From Octopus bimaculoides (Eukaryota), in the NCBI RefSeq assembly GCF_001194135.2, contig NC_068982.1:57964687-58020854 (forward strand): a DNA stretch of 56,168 bases, written 5' to 3'. Position 1 is the first letter of the stretch; each line of letters begins with the position of its first letter. The notes below the pieces were generated by a model that did not search any database, was not told where the DNA came from, and saw only the letters and a program-made list of their open reading frames with translations. The position numbers were made by a program, and so were the translations under genes. Below, one piece after another: positions 12,962-25,934 of this stretch.

Positions 12962-15412
12962 TACGAGGAGCTACAAACTTGTGACATAGATGGCAACTGG
13001 GAATTCCTGCGAGCCAGCTTGCTGAGTTCTACAGACCAAATCTGTGGCTGGTGCAAAGTCCCTTCCAGACCTAGGGTAACATGGTAGTGGGATAATACTT
13101 TAGACAGGGCAATTGGAGCAAGGAAACAGGCCTGGAAGAGTGGGGGCAGCAGGGAACTGCATCAGATGGGCAGCAGGGAACTGCATCAGATAGCCAGAAG
13201 GGAAGCTAAGAGACAAGTTTATCTAGCTGAGGGAAAAGCAGAAAAGAAGTTTGCTCATGTTCAGTGTCATGAGGACCAAAGAAATGCAATATTTCGGATT
13301 GCAAGACAGTGTGTGAGAGAAAATTGTGATGTAGGAGAGAAATGTGTCCGCATAGATGATGGTGCACTTACTTTTAATGAATCTGCAAAGAAAGAGGCTT
13401 GAAGATGCCATTATGAAAGACTGATGAACATGGAGAATGAATGGGAGGAGGAGAGTCTGCCAAATGTTGACCCAACTGAGGGACCAGTTATCTGAATCGA
13501 CAGTACCCTGGTAGATAAAACAATTAAAGATATCTGGTGGTGTAGGTTATGGTCTAGTCACCCATATTGTAAATCAGGTAGTCCATGAAGGAGTCATACC
13601 CAATGACTGGTGTAGCAGCACCATAGTCAACTGCTACAAAGGTAAAAGTGATGCCTTAGATAGAAATAATTACAGCGGTATCAAATTGTTGGATCAGGTG
13701 ATGAAAGTTACGGAGAGAGTCATAGCCCAACTAATTAGGGAGAGAGTCTAGATGAGATGCAGTTTGGTTTTGTGCCAGGGAGAAGCAACATTGATGCTAT
13801 ATTTCTGGTAACTGCAGGAGAAATACCTAGCCAAGGATAAGTCTCTGTACTTGGTTTTTGTTGACTTGGATAAAGCTTTTGACAGAGTCACCCAATCCTT
13901 TATCTGGTGGTCAATGTAGAAACTAGGAATAGACAAGTGGTTGGTGAGAGCTCTACAAGCCTTGTACTGGGACGCTACCAGTAAGGTGAGGGTGGGCAAC
14001 GAGTACAGCAAAGAATTCAGGGTACAAACAGAGGTTCATCAAGGACTAGTGCTCAGCCCCCTTTTTGTTTATCATAGTCCTCCAGGCAATAACAGAGGAT
14101 TCCAAGAGAGACTGCTCCTGAGAGCTCCTCTATGCTGATGACCTTGTTCTTATGGCTGAATCACAACCTGAACTAGAGGAGTTCCAGGTATGGAAGCAAG
14201 GTCTAGAAGAAAAACCTAAGTCATAGTAATTAGGAAGGCAGACAAATCACAAATCCCTTCAGGTAGATGGCTCTGCTCAATCTGTAGAAAATAGGTGTAG
14301 GTAGAAACTCCTTAAGATGCACCCAGTGTAAGCTTTGGACACATAAAAGGTGCTGCAACATTAGAGGAAGGTTAACAGGGAAACTAACTCTTATATATGG
14401 AAGGTGCACAGGTACAATAAATGCTGGAAATGCGAAGAAAATAGACTCCATAAACTGCCAGGGGGGAAAGCTAGAGGTAGTAGAAAGCTTCCGTTACCGA
14501 GGTGACCAACAGCATAGCTGTGAGAATAAGATTAGGCCGGCAACAAAAGCTTCTATCTCAGAGTGGAAAGGCAGATTGTTTGACGCCTATGTGTGAACAG
14601 CTACGCTGCATGGTAGTGAAATATGGGCTATGACAGCTGAGGACATGTGTAGGCTTGAAAGAAATGAAGCCAGTATGCTTTGCTGGATGTGCAATGTCTG
14701 TGCATGTTCAACAGACTGTAAGCATCTTGAGAGAAAAGTTAGGCATAAGACGAATAAGATGTGGTGTGCAAGAGAGATGACTGTGCTGGTATGGTCACAT
14801 GATGCATATGGACAAGGACAGCTGTGTAAAGTAGTGCTGATCTCTAGTTGTGGAGAGTACCTGTGGTAGAGGTAGACCCAGGAAAACATGGGATGATGTG
14901 GTGAAGCATGATCTTCAAACTTTGAGCTTCACAGAGGCAATGTCTAGTGACTGAGACCTCTGGTGATGTGCTGCGCTTGAGAAGACCCATCAAGCCAAGT
15001 GCACCTGTGCTGGTGGCATGTAAAGAACATCTTTTGAACACTGGGCTTCATGGAGGCAAAGTGGCTGAGTTCCTTTTGAGTGTTGGACCTCAAGGAGGCA
15101 ATAACCAAGACATTTGGCATTATGTCATGCTTGAAACCCATCAAGCCGAGCAAAATTGCAGTTGTGGCAGATACCGGTGTCATGCAAATTGGCATGTAAA
15201 TGCACCCCAGTGTCATGCAAATGACACCCGTATCAGTGGCAGGTAAAAGCACTCGTTAGACTCTCAGAGTGGTTGGCGTAAGGAAGGGTATCCAGCTTTA
15301 GAAAACCATGCCAAATTAGACTGGAGTCTGGTGCAACCTTCTGGCATGCCAGCCCAGTCAAACTATCCAATCCATGCCAGTATGGACAACGGACAATAAG
15401 TGATGATGATGA

Positions 15413-15414
<2 letters not shown>
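12962..15414 (+). mobile_element. 5'-truncated, decayed RTE-clade LINE with reverse transcriptase, 3' UTR and (GAT)n tail
   Basis: Broken frames give WEFLRASLL..DQICGWCK, PNDWCSSTIVNCYKGK, QFGFVPGRS (13760), FVDLDKAFDR (13857), YADD (14131-14142) and RGRPRKTWDDVVKHDL. Many stops and frameshifts. Confidence 0.93.
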
Positions 15415-15452
<38 letters not shown>

Positions 15453-16594
15453 TCCACAGCAGAATTGATACTGGTTCTGGCACCACATAAAAACCACTCT
15501 GTACACTCTGTGGAGTGGCTGGTATTAAGAAGGTCATCCAGCCCTATAAACCATTCAACTAAAAATTCTTCATGGTAGTGCCCCAGTATGGCCACAATCT
15601 AATGACTGAAACAGATCAAAAGATAAAATAGAAGACAGTATAGAGTGATTTGTAAGAGATTCTTGCCACTATTTCCAGCAGACTGAGTGTCCACACAGGG
15701 ACTCCTTTGTTCGTTTCTAATTATTACTATTGTTGTTGCTGTTGTTGCAGAAAATTCTGCTGCGGTATATTTACAACATCCTCATAAATGCTGTCTACAA
15801 CCAGCTAACGTGAACCAATTTCTAAGACAAAAGAAAAAAACAAAAAAATTTATTAAGCTAATCAGATTACCAGTTAGGTGCTAATTTGTCAAGTTAATTC
15901 AAACAGTATTTCATTGTGTTGTCCCATTCAAAGACTTCATCAGAAAAAGAATAGCAAACACAAGGAACTTTTTCCTTATGCATCATAGCAAGAGAATTAA
16001 CACGTTCCAAGGTTTTAACAGGTTTTGTCATTTGCTTCATTTTTTTTTACTTTTGTTTGTGTTTGCCTTCCAGTATATCTTGTTTAAACATCATCATCGT
16101 CATCATTATCATTATTATTATGACAACTGCTATTACTTTTATCATTACTGTTATTATTATTATTACTACATTTTTTGCAGTTTAGATCTCAATCCCGCCA
16201 CAAGCAGCAGCTTTATATAACAATGACTAAGAGAAAAACAGCAAGAAATGACGATGACGATGACGATGATGATGATGATGACAATGNNNNNNNNNNACCC
16301 CTTAGCCACTCTGCTAATATGAAGACAAAATGGTAAGCTGTTTATTTTTAATGTCCGTAGTCCGAGACAGAATGTCTTTGGTAAGAGTTAGATTACACAG
16401 ATATTCCTGATGTTCTGACAGACTTTAGATCTAAGTCACATAATCTCTACAGCATCGTCAAGGAAGCTGTTTTAACTGTTGACCAAGGAATCAGTACAAA
16501 TAGCTTGTACAATCAAAAGAATAAGGAGGGGAAAAAAAAAACAAAGGAAAAAGAATAAAAAAATGCGTGATCAAAAATGATAACAGTAACGATG

Positions 16595-16718
16595 ATGATC
16601 ATGATGGTGATGATGATGACGATAATAACAAAAATAATCACTATGATAACAAAGATGATAACAAGAATAACAATAATAAAGTGCTACTAATAAATATAAT
16701 AAAAATCATAATAAATTA

Positions 16719-16750
<32 letters not shown>

Positions 16751-16830
16751 GATGATAATAATGATAAAAACTATTAATGAAAATGATAATAATAACAATA
16801 ATAATAATAATAATAATAACGATAATATAG
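16595..16830. repeat. Cryptic (AAT/GAT/AAC)n trinucleotide mosaic
   Basis: Directly visible. Confidence 0.9.
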
Positions 16831-16983
16831 GTGACAATAATGCAAGAAAAATGTAAAACTCAAACTTAATAGTAAAAGATGAGACAGTTGATATTTACTT
16901 CGTGAGCAACATAAACAGAAATATTTTTTTTATATTTATTTTCCTTACCATTTTCCTGTCCAATCTTGCTTCCATATTTTTTT

Positions 16984-17044
<61 letters not shown>

Positions 17045-17893
17045 NNNNNNNNNNNNNNNNNNNNNNNNNNNNNNNNNNNNNCTTCTTTCTCCTTTCTGTG
17101 TGTGTCGAGAACACACAATGAATGAAGAACTTATGAATATTTAAGAGGGATTTGAAGCGAAGAAATGTTTTCAATGTGATAACTATTAAAAACGGACTGC
17201 CTTCCGGTTATCGAACAGCTTCCAGGCCGAGTGATAACTCAAAGACTTTTTTCTTCCCCCTCCCCCCACCCGCGTATATATTTTCATATTTTCCTTATAA
17301 TATTTTCTTGAGACAACAAGGACATTCTCATCGAATACACAGGATGGATCAAAAGCATCTACAATTCTAGTCAAAGAGTCACGGACTAGGTATTTTCTTC
17401 ACTATTGTTCTTAAACAAGAACAATCTACTCAAAACAAACAAAGAGAAAATAATAATAATAAAAATAATAATAACAACAAAAAACAACTAAATGCCAGCA
17501 AACTCCAACTGTTGCAATTTACACTAGAATATACTTTGTAGAAACAGAAGATCCTAATCATATTTCAGGAAAAATGATGTTCTTTACTCTAAGACATCCA
17601 GACACTAAGTTAAAAAGCAATACAAGCATATATGAGAAACAGTTTCTTTTTGATTTGTGTTGTCTTTTTCCATGATATAATTGTCTGTTTTATCCGCAAA
17701 CAGTGGATTAGTGTATTTTGTTGTTGTCCAGCTGTTTGGATTGATACTATTATCTGTCAATATAATATATTATGAGTTTGCATGCAAGCCAGTTTCAATT
17801 CTTGGTCATAGATACAACACTTCGCCAAAGCTGCTTCAGAAAGCTAGACTGTCACACAATTTTATATTATCCCTTCATCTGTAATCTGATAAA

Positions 17894-17936
<43 letters not shown>

Positions 17937-18155
17937 AACACACACACACGTGTGTATGCATAAATATAACACACGTACACACATATATGTATATACACAT
18001 ATATACATGCATATATATNNNNNNNNNNNNNNNNNNNNNNNNNNNNNNNNNNNNNNNNNNNNNNNNNNNNNNNNNNNNNNNNNNNNNNNNNNNNNNNNNN
18101 NNNNNNNNNNNNNNNNNNNNNATGCATGTACATATTTGCATGTATATATATGCAT

Positions 18156-18194
<39 letters not shown>

Positions 18195-18431
18195 GATAGA
18201 TGGATATTTAGATTGATAGGTATGCATATATACATATATATGTATATATACTCATATTTGTATATATATATATATATATATCCTCAGTCAAATCGTCCAA
18301 CCCATGCTAGCATGGAAAGCGGACATTAAACGATGATGATGATGATGATGATGATGATGATATATATGTATATGCATATATACATACATATATGTACATA
18401 CCTACATATATATGTATATATACATGCATAC

Positions 18432-18463
<32 letters not shown>

Positions 18464-18537
18464 TTGTGTATTATATACATACATTCATTGCCCGTCTGAG
18501 GAACTATTCCAGTTCTTGGATGATACCCTTAATTTGG

Positions 18538-18588
18538 TACCAAGTTTAACACCACCACTTGAATCAAGTGGTGGTGTTAAACTTGGTA
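18538..18588. repeat. Perfect palindrome, 25-bp arms with 1-nt spacer
   Basis: TACCAAGTTTAACACCACCACTTGA-A-TCAAGTGGTGGTGTTAAACTTGGTA, no mismatches. Confidence 0.97.
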
Positions 18589-19330
18589 ACTAGAAACAAA
18601 TACACAGGGAGAAAAAACTGATAAAGAGTTTATCACATTTGTTCATCAAAGTCAAAAAGATTACTCAAAAAAGAAGAAATCTGTGAATAATAAAAACTAG
18701 GATGGAGTTTGGAAGGTGGCAGCAGATCTTTTAGGGTGTGAATGCTTCTTTCCAATACCAAAAAAGAAAGCAATCTGACATGAGAAATGTTAGATAGTAC
18801 ATCTTGCTGAATTAATTGTTCCACATGAGGGCAATATTGATAGTGGTCAAGTTAGGAAAGATGAACATTATGAAGTACTACAAGAAGTCTGGTATGAAAC
18901 TGGCTGGAGAGCAGTACACTTTTCTGTAGATGTTGGATGTACAGGTTTTATTGGAACCAAACTTAGGGGATGGCTGTTATCAATTGGTATGACTCATCAT
19001 TAAGCTAACTACCATCTTGAACAAAATCCAGTCAACATTTGAAAGGACCAGCCATTGGATATGGCTGGAAATATATGATGAAACCAGTTTAGAGATGAGA
19101 TGAAGAGGTGTGCAGCTATCTGCTTGACTATCTGGTAGGTCAGACACTTGCATATCTTCACAATTTGAATGGTGATGATGATCCTGAGATGGACTTAAGA
19201 TCAGATGTTGTTGGCTAAATACTAGTCAGTTAATCCAGTGGATAAGGCCCCACATCTGAAGTGGAGCTAATGCACTGTAAAGCTGTCAAGAGGAAGACTC
19301 TGAAATGGTGCCCATTCTTTCCTAATGACC
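18563..19330 (+). mobile_element. 3' fragment of an R2-superfamily (HERO-like) non-LTR retrotransposon, restriction-like endonuclease region
   Basis: FITFVHQSQK..WKVAADL, ELIVPHEGNIDSGQVRKDEHYE, GWRAVHFSVDVGCTGFIG and ERTSHWIWL resemble the ELTVPWE..K..KY / VEVGCRGF / ASHWIW signature of HERO-type elements. Confidence 0.8.
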
Positions 19331-20556
19331 CTTGAAACTAACTAGTATTTGGTATGCAGGACCTTTGATTGGCAGCACTTGCACAAGCAAGCTGTTTGCA
19401 AGTCCAAACAACATGTAAATCATGCATCATTAATTTGGTAAAAACGGTGAATTAAATTTATGTTTTGTTTGATGAAGTCAGAATAATACACAAACCTGTT
19501 TGGTCTAACTCCTATATTAACCAGTTAAAAAAAAAATTGAAAATAATTTTAGTCTTTAAGATAGCTTTTCTTGCTGAATATTTATTTCTAGTTAGTAATT
19601 TAAAATGCCATCTATTAAAAAATAGTAATAAAATTTACCTATTGTAAAAGAAATAAATTTGTTGAAAACTTTAGGGAACGTATTTTAAGACAATTGCAGG
19701 ACTGAAACATTTGTATGTTCATAAAATAGACCAACTGAATATAACAAAAAAATAAAATCCAAGAAGTATGGGAATGATCTTTCTAGGAGACACAAATACA
19801 CATCTAACCACACAATGCTTCGTTGTATATATTGCATTCAGAACCAATCTTCCACAAAGCAGTCCACATGAAGAATCACATAAAATGTGACCAACAGACA
19901 AACTCAGCCCATATTAGCACTGAAGGAAATTAAAATTAATCATTTAGTATATGATGGTTCTCTTTGCTATTGGTACAGCTTGCATTAACTAAAAAATCTT
20001 AGCTTACTCTATCAAATACACAAGCAACTTGATTGATTCATTGTTTGACTGATTCATTCATAGATAGACAGATAGACAAACAAACAGACAGACAGATAGA
20101 TAAATAGACAGACGAACTGATAGATAGGTTAATCAGAGAATAATGCAAGCAACCAAAAACCGACAGATTTATATATACTACAGTTCAATGGACGCACCTA
20201 ACACTGAAAAATAGATAATGTTTCATTATACTTTCCAGCTAATAAAATACTTGAACAATGTTTCGTTTTATTTAACTATAGTATTATTAAATAAATAAAC
20301 AATAAGTTGAAAATAAAAATGTTTATAACGCAATCAAGGTAACACATGCATTACAATTATATAACCAATAAACTCACAGCTGTTAATTCTCAAACCTGTC
20401 ACACCTCAGATTGAACTCACCACTTTCCTGTTTAAGAAATTTAATTAACTCCATATAAGAGTGTAAGAGATACTAAAGTAGCAAGGTGCTAATCTTGACA
20501 TTTATTACTTTATATATATATATATATATATACACAACCACACACACACACACACA

Positions 20557-20748
20557 AGCGAAAGTATGGCTGTGTGGTAAGAAGTTTGCTTCTCAATCCC
20601 ATGGTTTCAGGTTCAGTCCCACTGCATGGCAACATGGACAAGTGTCTTCTTATATAGCCCAGGGCTGACTGAAGTCTTGTGAGCAGATTTGGTAAATGCA
20701 TACTGAAGAACTCGTCATGTGTATATCTGTCTGTCTGTCTGTCTACAT

Positions 20749-20805
<57 letters not shown>

Positions 20806-21005
20806 GACGCACATGTGTGTGTTTGTCCCCCACCCCGACCACCACTGTATGATAACAGGTGTTTGCTTGTTTATATCATCATAACTTAACAGTTTAGCAA
20901 AACTGATTGATAAAATACCAGGCTTTAAAACAAATAAGTATTGAAGTTTACTTGTTTAACTGAAAACTTCAAGGGAGTGCCCCAGCATGACTGCAGTCCC
21001 AAAAG
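20557..21005 (+). mobile_element. SINE family A, full length
   Basis: Head, core, microsatellite and tail in order. Confidence 0.85.
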
Positions 21006-21416
21006 TAATAGACAGATATAGAAAATATAATAGAAGATATACGCATATATGAACTTACATATAATAAAACACAAACACATATAAACACACACATGCACTG
21101 TTTATTTGAGGACTTATGTTATTTAGGTTCATGTTAGAGGTGAAGGTGGCTCACTCAAATGCTCAAAGAGCTCACCCCAAAAGAAAGAAGCAACTAAGGG
21201 CCAGGATGAAGAGATAGAAGAAAATCTCAGGGATTAGTCTGTTAGGGAAGTGTACAGTACACATATATGGGTGTACATGTATATTTATAGGTATATTTTA
21301 TATACGCGTGAATGGTAATGTAATATCAATTATATAACTAATAAGGTAATGAAATAGCTGCAAACTAATGGTATAAACAACTTTTCTCTCACCTCACTTC
21401 TTTTATCTGCTATATA

Positions 21417-21870
21417 TCATCATCATTATCAACCTCATTATTAAATGTCTGTTTTCCCTGCTGGCATGGGTTGGACAGTTTGACAGGAGCTAGCCAGGCT
21501 CCATATCTGTTTTGACATGGTTCTTATGGCTGGGTGCCCTTCCTAATGCCAACCACTTTACAGAGTATACTGGATGTTTTTACACAGCACCAGCATGGGT
21601 GCATTTACAAATATATATATATCATCATCATCGTCACCATTGTTGTTTAACGTCCGCTTTCCATGCTAACATGGGTTGGACGATTTGACTGAGGACTGGT
21701 GAAACCCGATGGCTACACCAGGCTCCAATCTGATTTGGCAGAGTTTCTACAGCTGGATCCCTGCCCTTCCTAACGCCAACCACTCCGAGAGTGTAGTGGG
21801 TGCTTTTACGTGTCACCGGCACGAAGGCCAGTCAGGCAATACTGGCAATGGCCATACTCAAAATGGTGTA
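21417..21870 (-). mobile_element. Two tandem RTE-3'UTR-derived short elements (family B)
   Basis: (CAT)n, TTAACGTCCGCTTTCCATGC..GGGTTGGAC and CCCTTCCTAACGCCAACCAC, matching the reverse complement of 15250-15414. Confidence 0.85.
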
Positions 21871-21896
21871 TATATATATATATATATATATATATG

Positions 21897-22110
21897 TTCT
21901 TTACCTTAATTCTTTTACTGTGGCCACATTGAGAAACCAACTTGAAGGGTTAATTTGAACAAATCAAACCCTGCATTTATTTCAAAGTACTAGCACTTAT
22001 CCTATCTGTATCTTATAAAAACTGTTAAGTTATGGGGATGTAAACAGACCAACACTGGTTGTCAAGCAGTGGTGGAGAACAAACACACACACACACACAC
22101 AAATATATAT
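21897..22110 (-). mobile_element. SINE family A 3' half
   Basis: TAAGTTATGGGGATGTAAAC..GGTTGTCAAGCAGTGG. Confidence 0.7.
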
Positions 22111-22159
22111 ACAGGCATGTCCTCTATATCCATCTCTCAGGTTGAGAGATCCTAGTCTA

Positions 22160-22432
22160 GTGGGCTTATGGATGCTGATGCCACATAAAAGCACCTGTGC
22201 CGGTGCCATGTAAAATCACCTGTGCCGGTGGCTTGTAAAAGCATCTGTGCTGGTACCACATAAAAGTACCCATGTCAGTGCCATGCATACCCTGCAAAGT
22301 GGCTGGCATCCAGCTGTAGGAACCATGCCAAAACAGACAAATGGAGCCTGGATAGCTCTCCAGCTGGCCAACTCCTGTCAAACTGTCCAACCCATGCTAG
22401 CATGGAGAATGGACATTAAACGATGATGATGA
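22160..22432 (+). mobile_element. Family B element with about five tandem units of about 26 bp (ATAAAAGCACCTGTGCCGGTG-like) at its 5' side
   Basis: Ends GGACATTAAACGATGATGAT. Confidence 0.8.
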
Positions 22433-22593
22433 TATATAAATACACAAGAAAATTTACTATAATAGATATAAGCTTTGAAGTATTTGTATAATTGTATGCA
22501 TTTAGACTAAGAACATTAACAGCAAGAAAGGAAAAGACTAGAAAAACAAAGGTACCAAATATGGTTCATTTAGGATAAAAACAAGTATAATAC

Positions 22594-22694
22594 CTTCTCG
22601 GTCGTGTTGTAGAGCTAACCTCATTTCAAGAAGTGAAGCTGTATCATGGGAGTGCTTTACTTGCAGTCTGTCTAGCTCCTCTTGCATTTCCAAC
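22594..22694 (-). CDS. CNTLN: Centlein-like coding exon (101 nt, phase 2 to 1): LEMQEELDRLQVKHSHDTASLLEMRLALQHDRE
   Basis: Poly-T tract plus gggccattccag acceptor and AAG|gtatta donor. In frame with the 40631 exon (CG+G=Arg). Resembles the centlein segment following the WNELAYFK motif. Confidence 0.88.
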
Positions 22695-23206
22695 CTGGAA
22701 TGGCCCACAAAAAAAAAAAAAAAAAGTGCAATTAATGTTACAAATGAGAAAAGAAACATTTTCTAAAAACTATTTAGCCATAGGAAGAAGTGGAGGGGGG
22801 GGGGATTTCAGAAAGGAGAAAAATTATCTTCAGACCAAAGGCTTAGTGCAAATGCCTGCAACAAAAACAGTCTCCATTTAAAGTCAACAAGGTAGCGAAG
22901 ATTGGTAGTGGTACATAAATAGAATGAGTGTTAGGCAAATAGAAAAATTAAGAGACAGACAGACAGACAGCTATGTAGACAATCAGAACAGACAACTAGA
23001 CAGGTGGGCAGACATAAGTGGGCACAGAGACAAAAAAATAAAGTATACATCCCCAAAGATATATTAAAAAAGTAAAGAATTTGTCAACTTGTCAAGAATA
23101 ACATTAACAAATAAATTTATTTTATTTTGTTGTTTTGTTTAGCCCTAGGTGAAGCTATAGGTTAATTTTGATTGCATAGACCTATGACAAAAATTTTTTT
23201 ACACCA

Positions 23207-23376
23207 CATCATCATCATCATCATCGTTTAACGTCTGTTTTCCATGCTAGCATGGGTTGGACGATTTGACTGAGGACTGGTGAAACAGGATGGCAACACC
23301 AGGCTCCAATCTAATTTGGCAGAGTTTCTACAGCTGGATGCCCTTCCTAACGCCAACCACTCAGAGAGTGTAGTAT
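23207..23376 (-). mobile_element. Family B element, well-preserved copy
   Basis: Very similar to 21640-21800. Confidence 0.85.
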
Positions 23377-23497
23377 CCTATTTATTTAGAAATAGTTCAT
23401 CTCATGCTACATAACTGAATATGACTTCTCATCTTTAAAATAATGATGTGGTATCATTTGGGAAAGATTCACCTGCTGTTTCTTGCAGGCTGAGTAA

Positions 23498-23778
23498 CAG
23501 TGGTGTAGCTTGAGTGTGTGCCACCCAGGGCAGCCCTTCAGTTTCTTATCCCACTCCCGGGCCCCTACAAAAATACATATTGCATAGTGATTATATCGAT
23601 TGTTGTATTTATCAGTGAGTAGTGTCTGTGACCCGACATCAAAACCACTATTATTTGATTTTAATACAACTTATACAGGCTTACAGCCTACAGCAGACCC
23701 CAAAGTGGTATCACCCTCATAAAAGTGCTGTCCGAAGTGGACTGCCCCCCCCCCCTCACCCCTCTAGTCATGCTACTT
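23498..23778. mobile_element. hAT-like MITE with 8-bp target-site duplication
   Basis: Decayed TIRs CAGTGGTGTAGCT / TAGTCATGCTACTT. Flanks CTGAGTAA (23490-23497) and TTGAGTAA (23779-23786). Confidence 0.72.
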
Positions 23779-24049
23779 TTGAGTAACTATGTAGAGACTC
23801 CAGCATATGTCTTATTTCTTTGGTTTAGAAAACAAAGCTGACAAAGTACCATCAATAATGACAGCTAATTTTAGTATTTTACATATAAATAAGGTACAAA
23901 ATAAGGCACGTAATAATCACACATACAAACATTCACATACTTCCCTTGTACATGCACACACACATACTCACACAGATAATACAGTTCTATATTTAAGAGA
24001 TGAGGAATTATATACATTATTTACATTTGATGGATATTTGTCCTCATAA

Positions 24050-24205
24050 TATAATAATAACAATATCGAAAAATACTTTAGGAATGAGAACCCAGGTTTG
24101 AAATTTCCCCAAGACACCTGATGAAGGCTGGAGGGTATATCAGCCGAAACATTGTGTTAACAACAAACAAGATGAGGACAAATATCCAAATGTAAATAAT
24201 GTACT
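24050..24205 (+). mobile_element. Penelope-like element terminal fragment carrying a hammerhead-like core
   Basis: CTGATGA(24118-24124)-A-GGCTG/10-nt loop/CAGCC-GAAAC(24146-24150). Such CTGATGA..GAAAC motifs are typical of PLE terminal repeats. Confidence 0.6.
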
Positions 24206-24393
24206 CACAGAGTTGAAATGCTGATTTTTTTTTACCCCTTCTTTCCTTATTCCTCTATCACCCCTTCCTTTCTCTCATTACAGTTACTTTATTAATTTCT
24301 CTCACTCCTTCTCAGTCAGGGCTATTACTCTCACTACTTCTCCTTTGCTGAATTACTATTTTCTCTCATCCTCCGCATTTGGCGTGATTCTGG

Positions 24394-24433
<40 letters not shown>

Positions 24434-25248
24434 ACTACGTTCATTATTATATCAGATGTTCATGTCTGGTTCTTTTAAGAGAAATTTACACATTCCTCTT
24501 TTGTTGGGTAATTATTCAGAGAGAAAATATGGAACAGCATGCAGGCTCTTCCAGACAGAGGATGTTTATGTGGTCAAGGTTCAATTCGAACATCTGCTAG
24601 GCTAATGCATAAGAAAATAAATAAATATGATTTATGTTTAGTTAGGAAGTTGGATTGAATTTTAGAGTTAACAATTCCTTTCTCAATGGTTCTTCATACA
24701 TAACCATTATTATGTGTTTCTTGATGCTGGACCAAATAGATGAGATGACACAACACTGATGCAGATAGAAAAATGATATATGTTGTAGACTGGTAAAACA
24801 TATCTGCATGAAAAAAAAAAAAAAGAAAAAAACTAAAAAAAAAAACTCATGCTACAATGACAGAAATGATGATGATGATGATGATGATGATGACAACAAT
24901 GATGATAACAATGGTGATGGCAATTATCATTGACTACCCTCCCACCTACTTTAGCTTTGAATTGAAACCAACATTACAAAAATATGTGCAATTTGCCCTC
25001 TGAAGATAGATGTCCATAGAAAAATATTGGATAAAATATAGTGATATAACTGACAGCTACAAAAATAAAGCATAATTGTCGAAAATCCAAACTATTGATC
25101 TATCAACACACAATCAGATTGTTTAAATTGTCTGCTTTTGACTCTTGTGATAAACAAACATAACAACCTAAATTATATATATATATATATATGTGAATGT
25201 GTGTGGGTGTGTGTATATATACATACTCACCCACACACACACACACAT

Positions 25249-25308
<60 letters not shown>

Positions 25309-25378
25309 ATCCATATATGTATTCATATACATATACATTTATGTATACATACATATAGGCATATATGTATATCTACAC

Positions 25379-25414
<36 letters not shown>

Positions 25415-25934
25415 CAAAACATGAATAACAAACATAAAAGTTTTCTTTTTAAAGTTAACTTAGAAAATAATAATAAATGAAATAACAAAGTTAGTTTGTA
25501 TTATAAAACTGCAAAGCTTTGACTTTTATAACGGCTGAAAATTAACGAGCACTGTCAAGAGACAAGTCTGTATGATTTTCAGATAATGAAACAAAGGAAT
25601 TTGCTTTTGATTCTCTCTCTGTGTGAGCGTTTGCAGAATATAGATGTTTTCATAAACAGTGATCAGCACACAAACATATTTCAGTGGAAATTGTCAAATT
25701 TTCAATTCATCTGTAATTAACGTTTATAACAGCAACAACAGCATCAACAAGAACAACCTCCCCGGAGATGAATTTATTATACAGCTTGATTATATCTTAC
25801 ATCAACCCTCATTGTTATAGGTTTGACGCTTCTGTAACCTTATTCGTTTGTGAGAATTGTTTGAGCAGATGGTTCTTTTCTTTTTCTTTTTTCACAGCTT
25901 GTTGCACTTTACAAAAACAACAATAACAACAACA

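Noticed and set aside
20421-20427. 7-nt micro-exon GAAAGTG (ttcttaaacag / gtgagt) on the minus strand
   Set aside because: Good splice signals but frame-shifting, with no clear partner exon. Similar chance hits occur at about 12662, 20190 and 21383.
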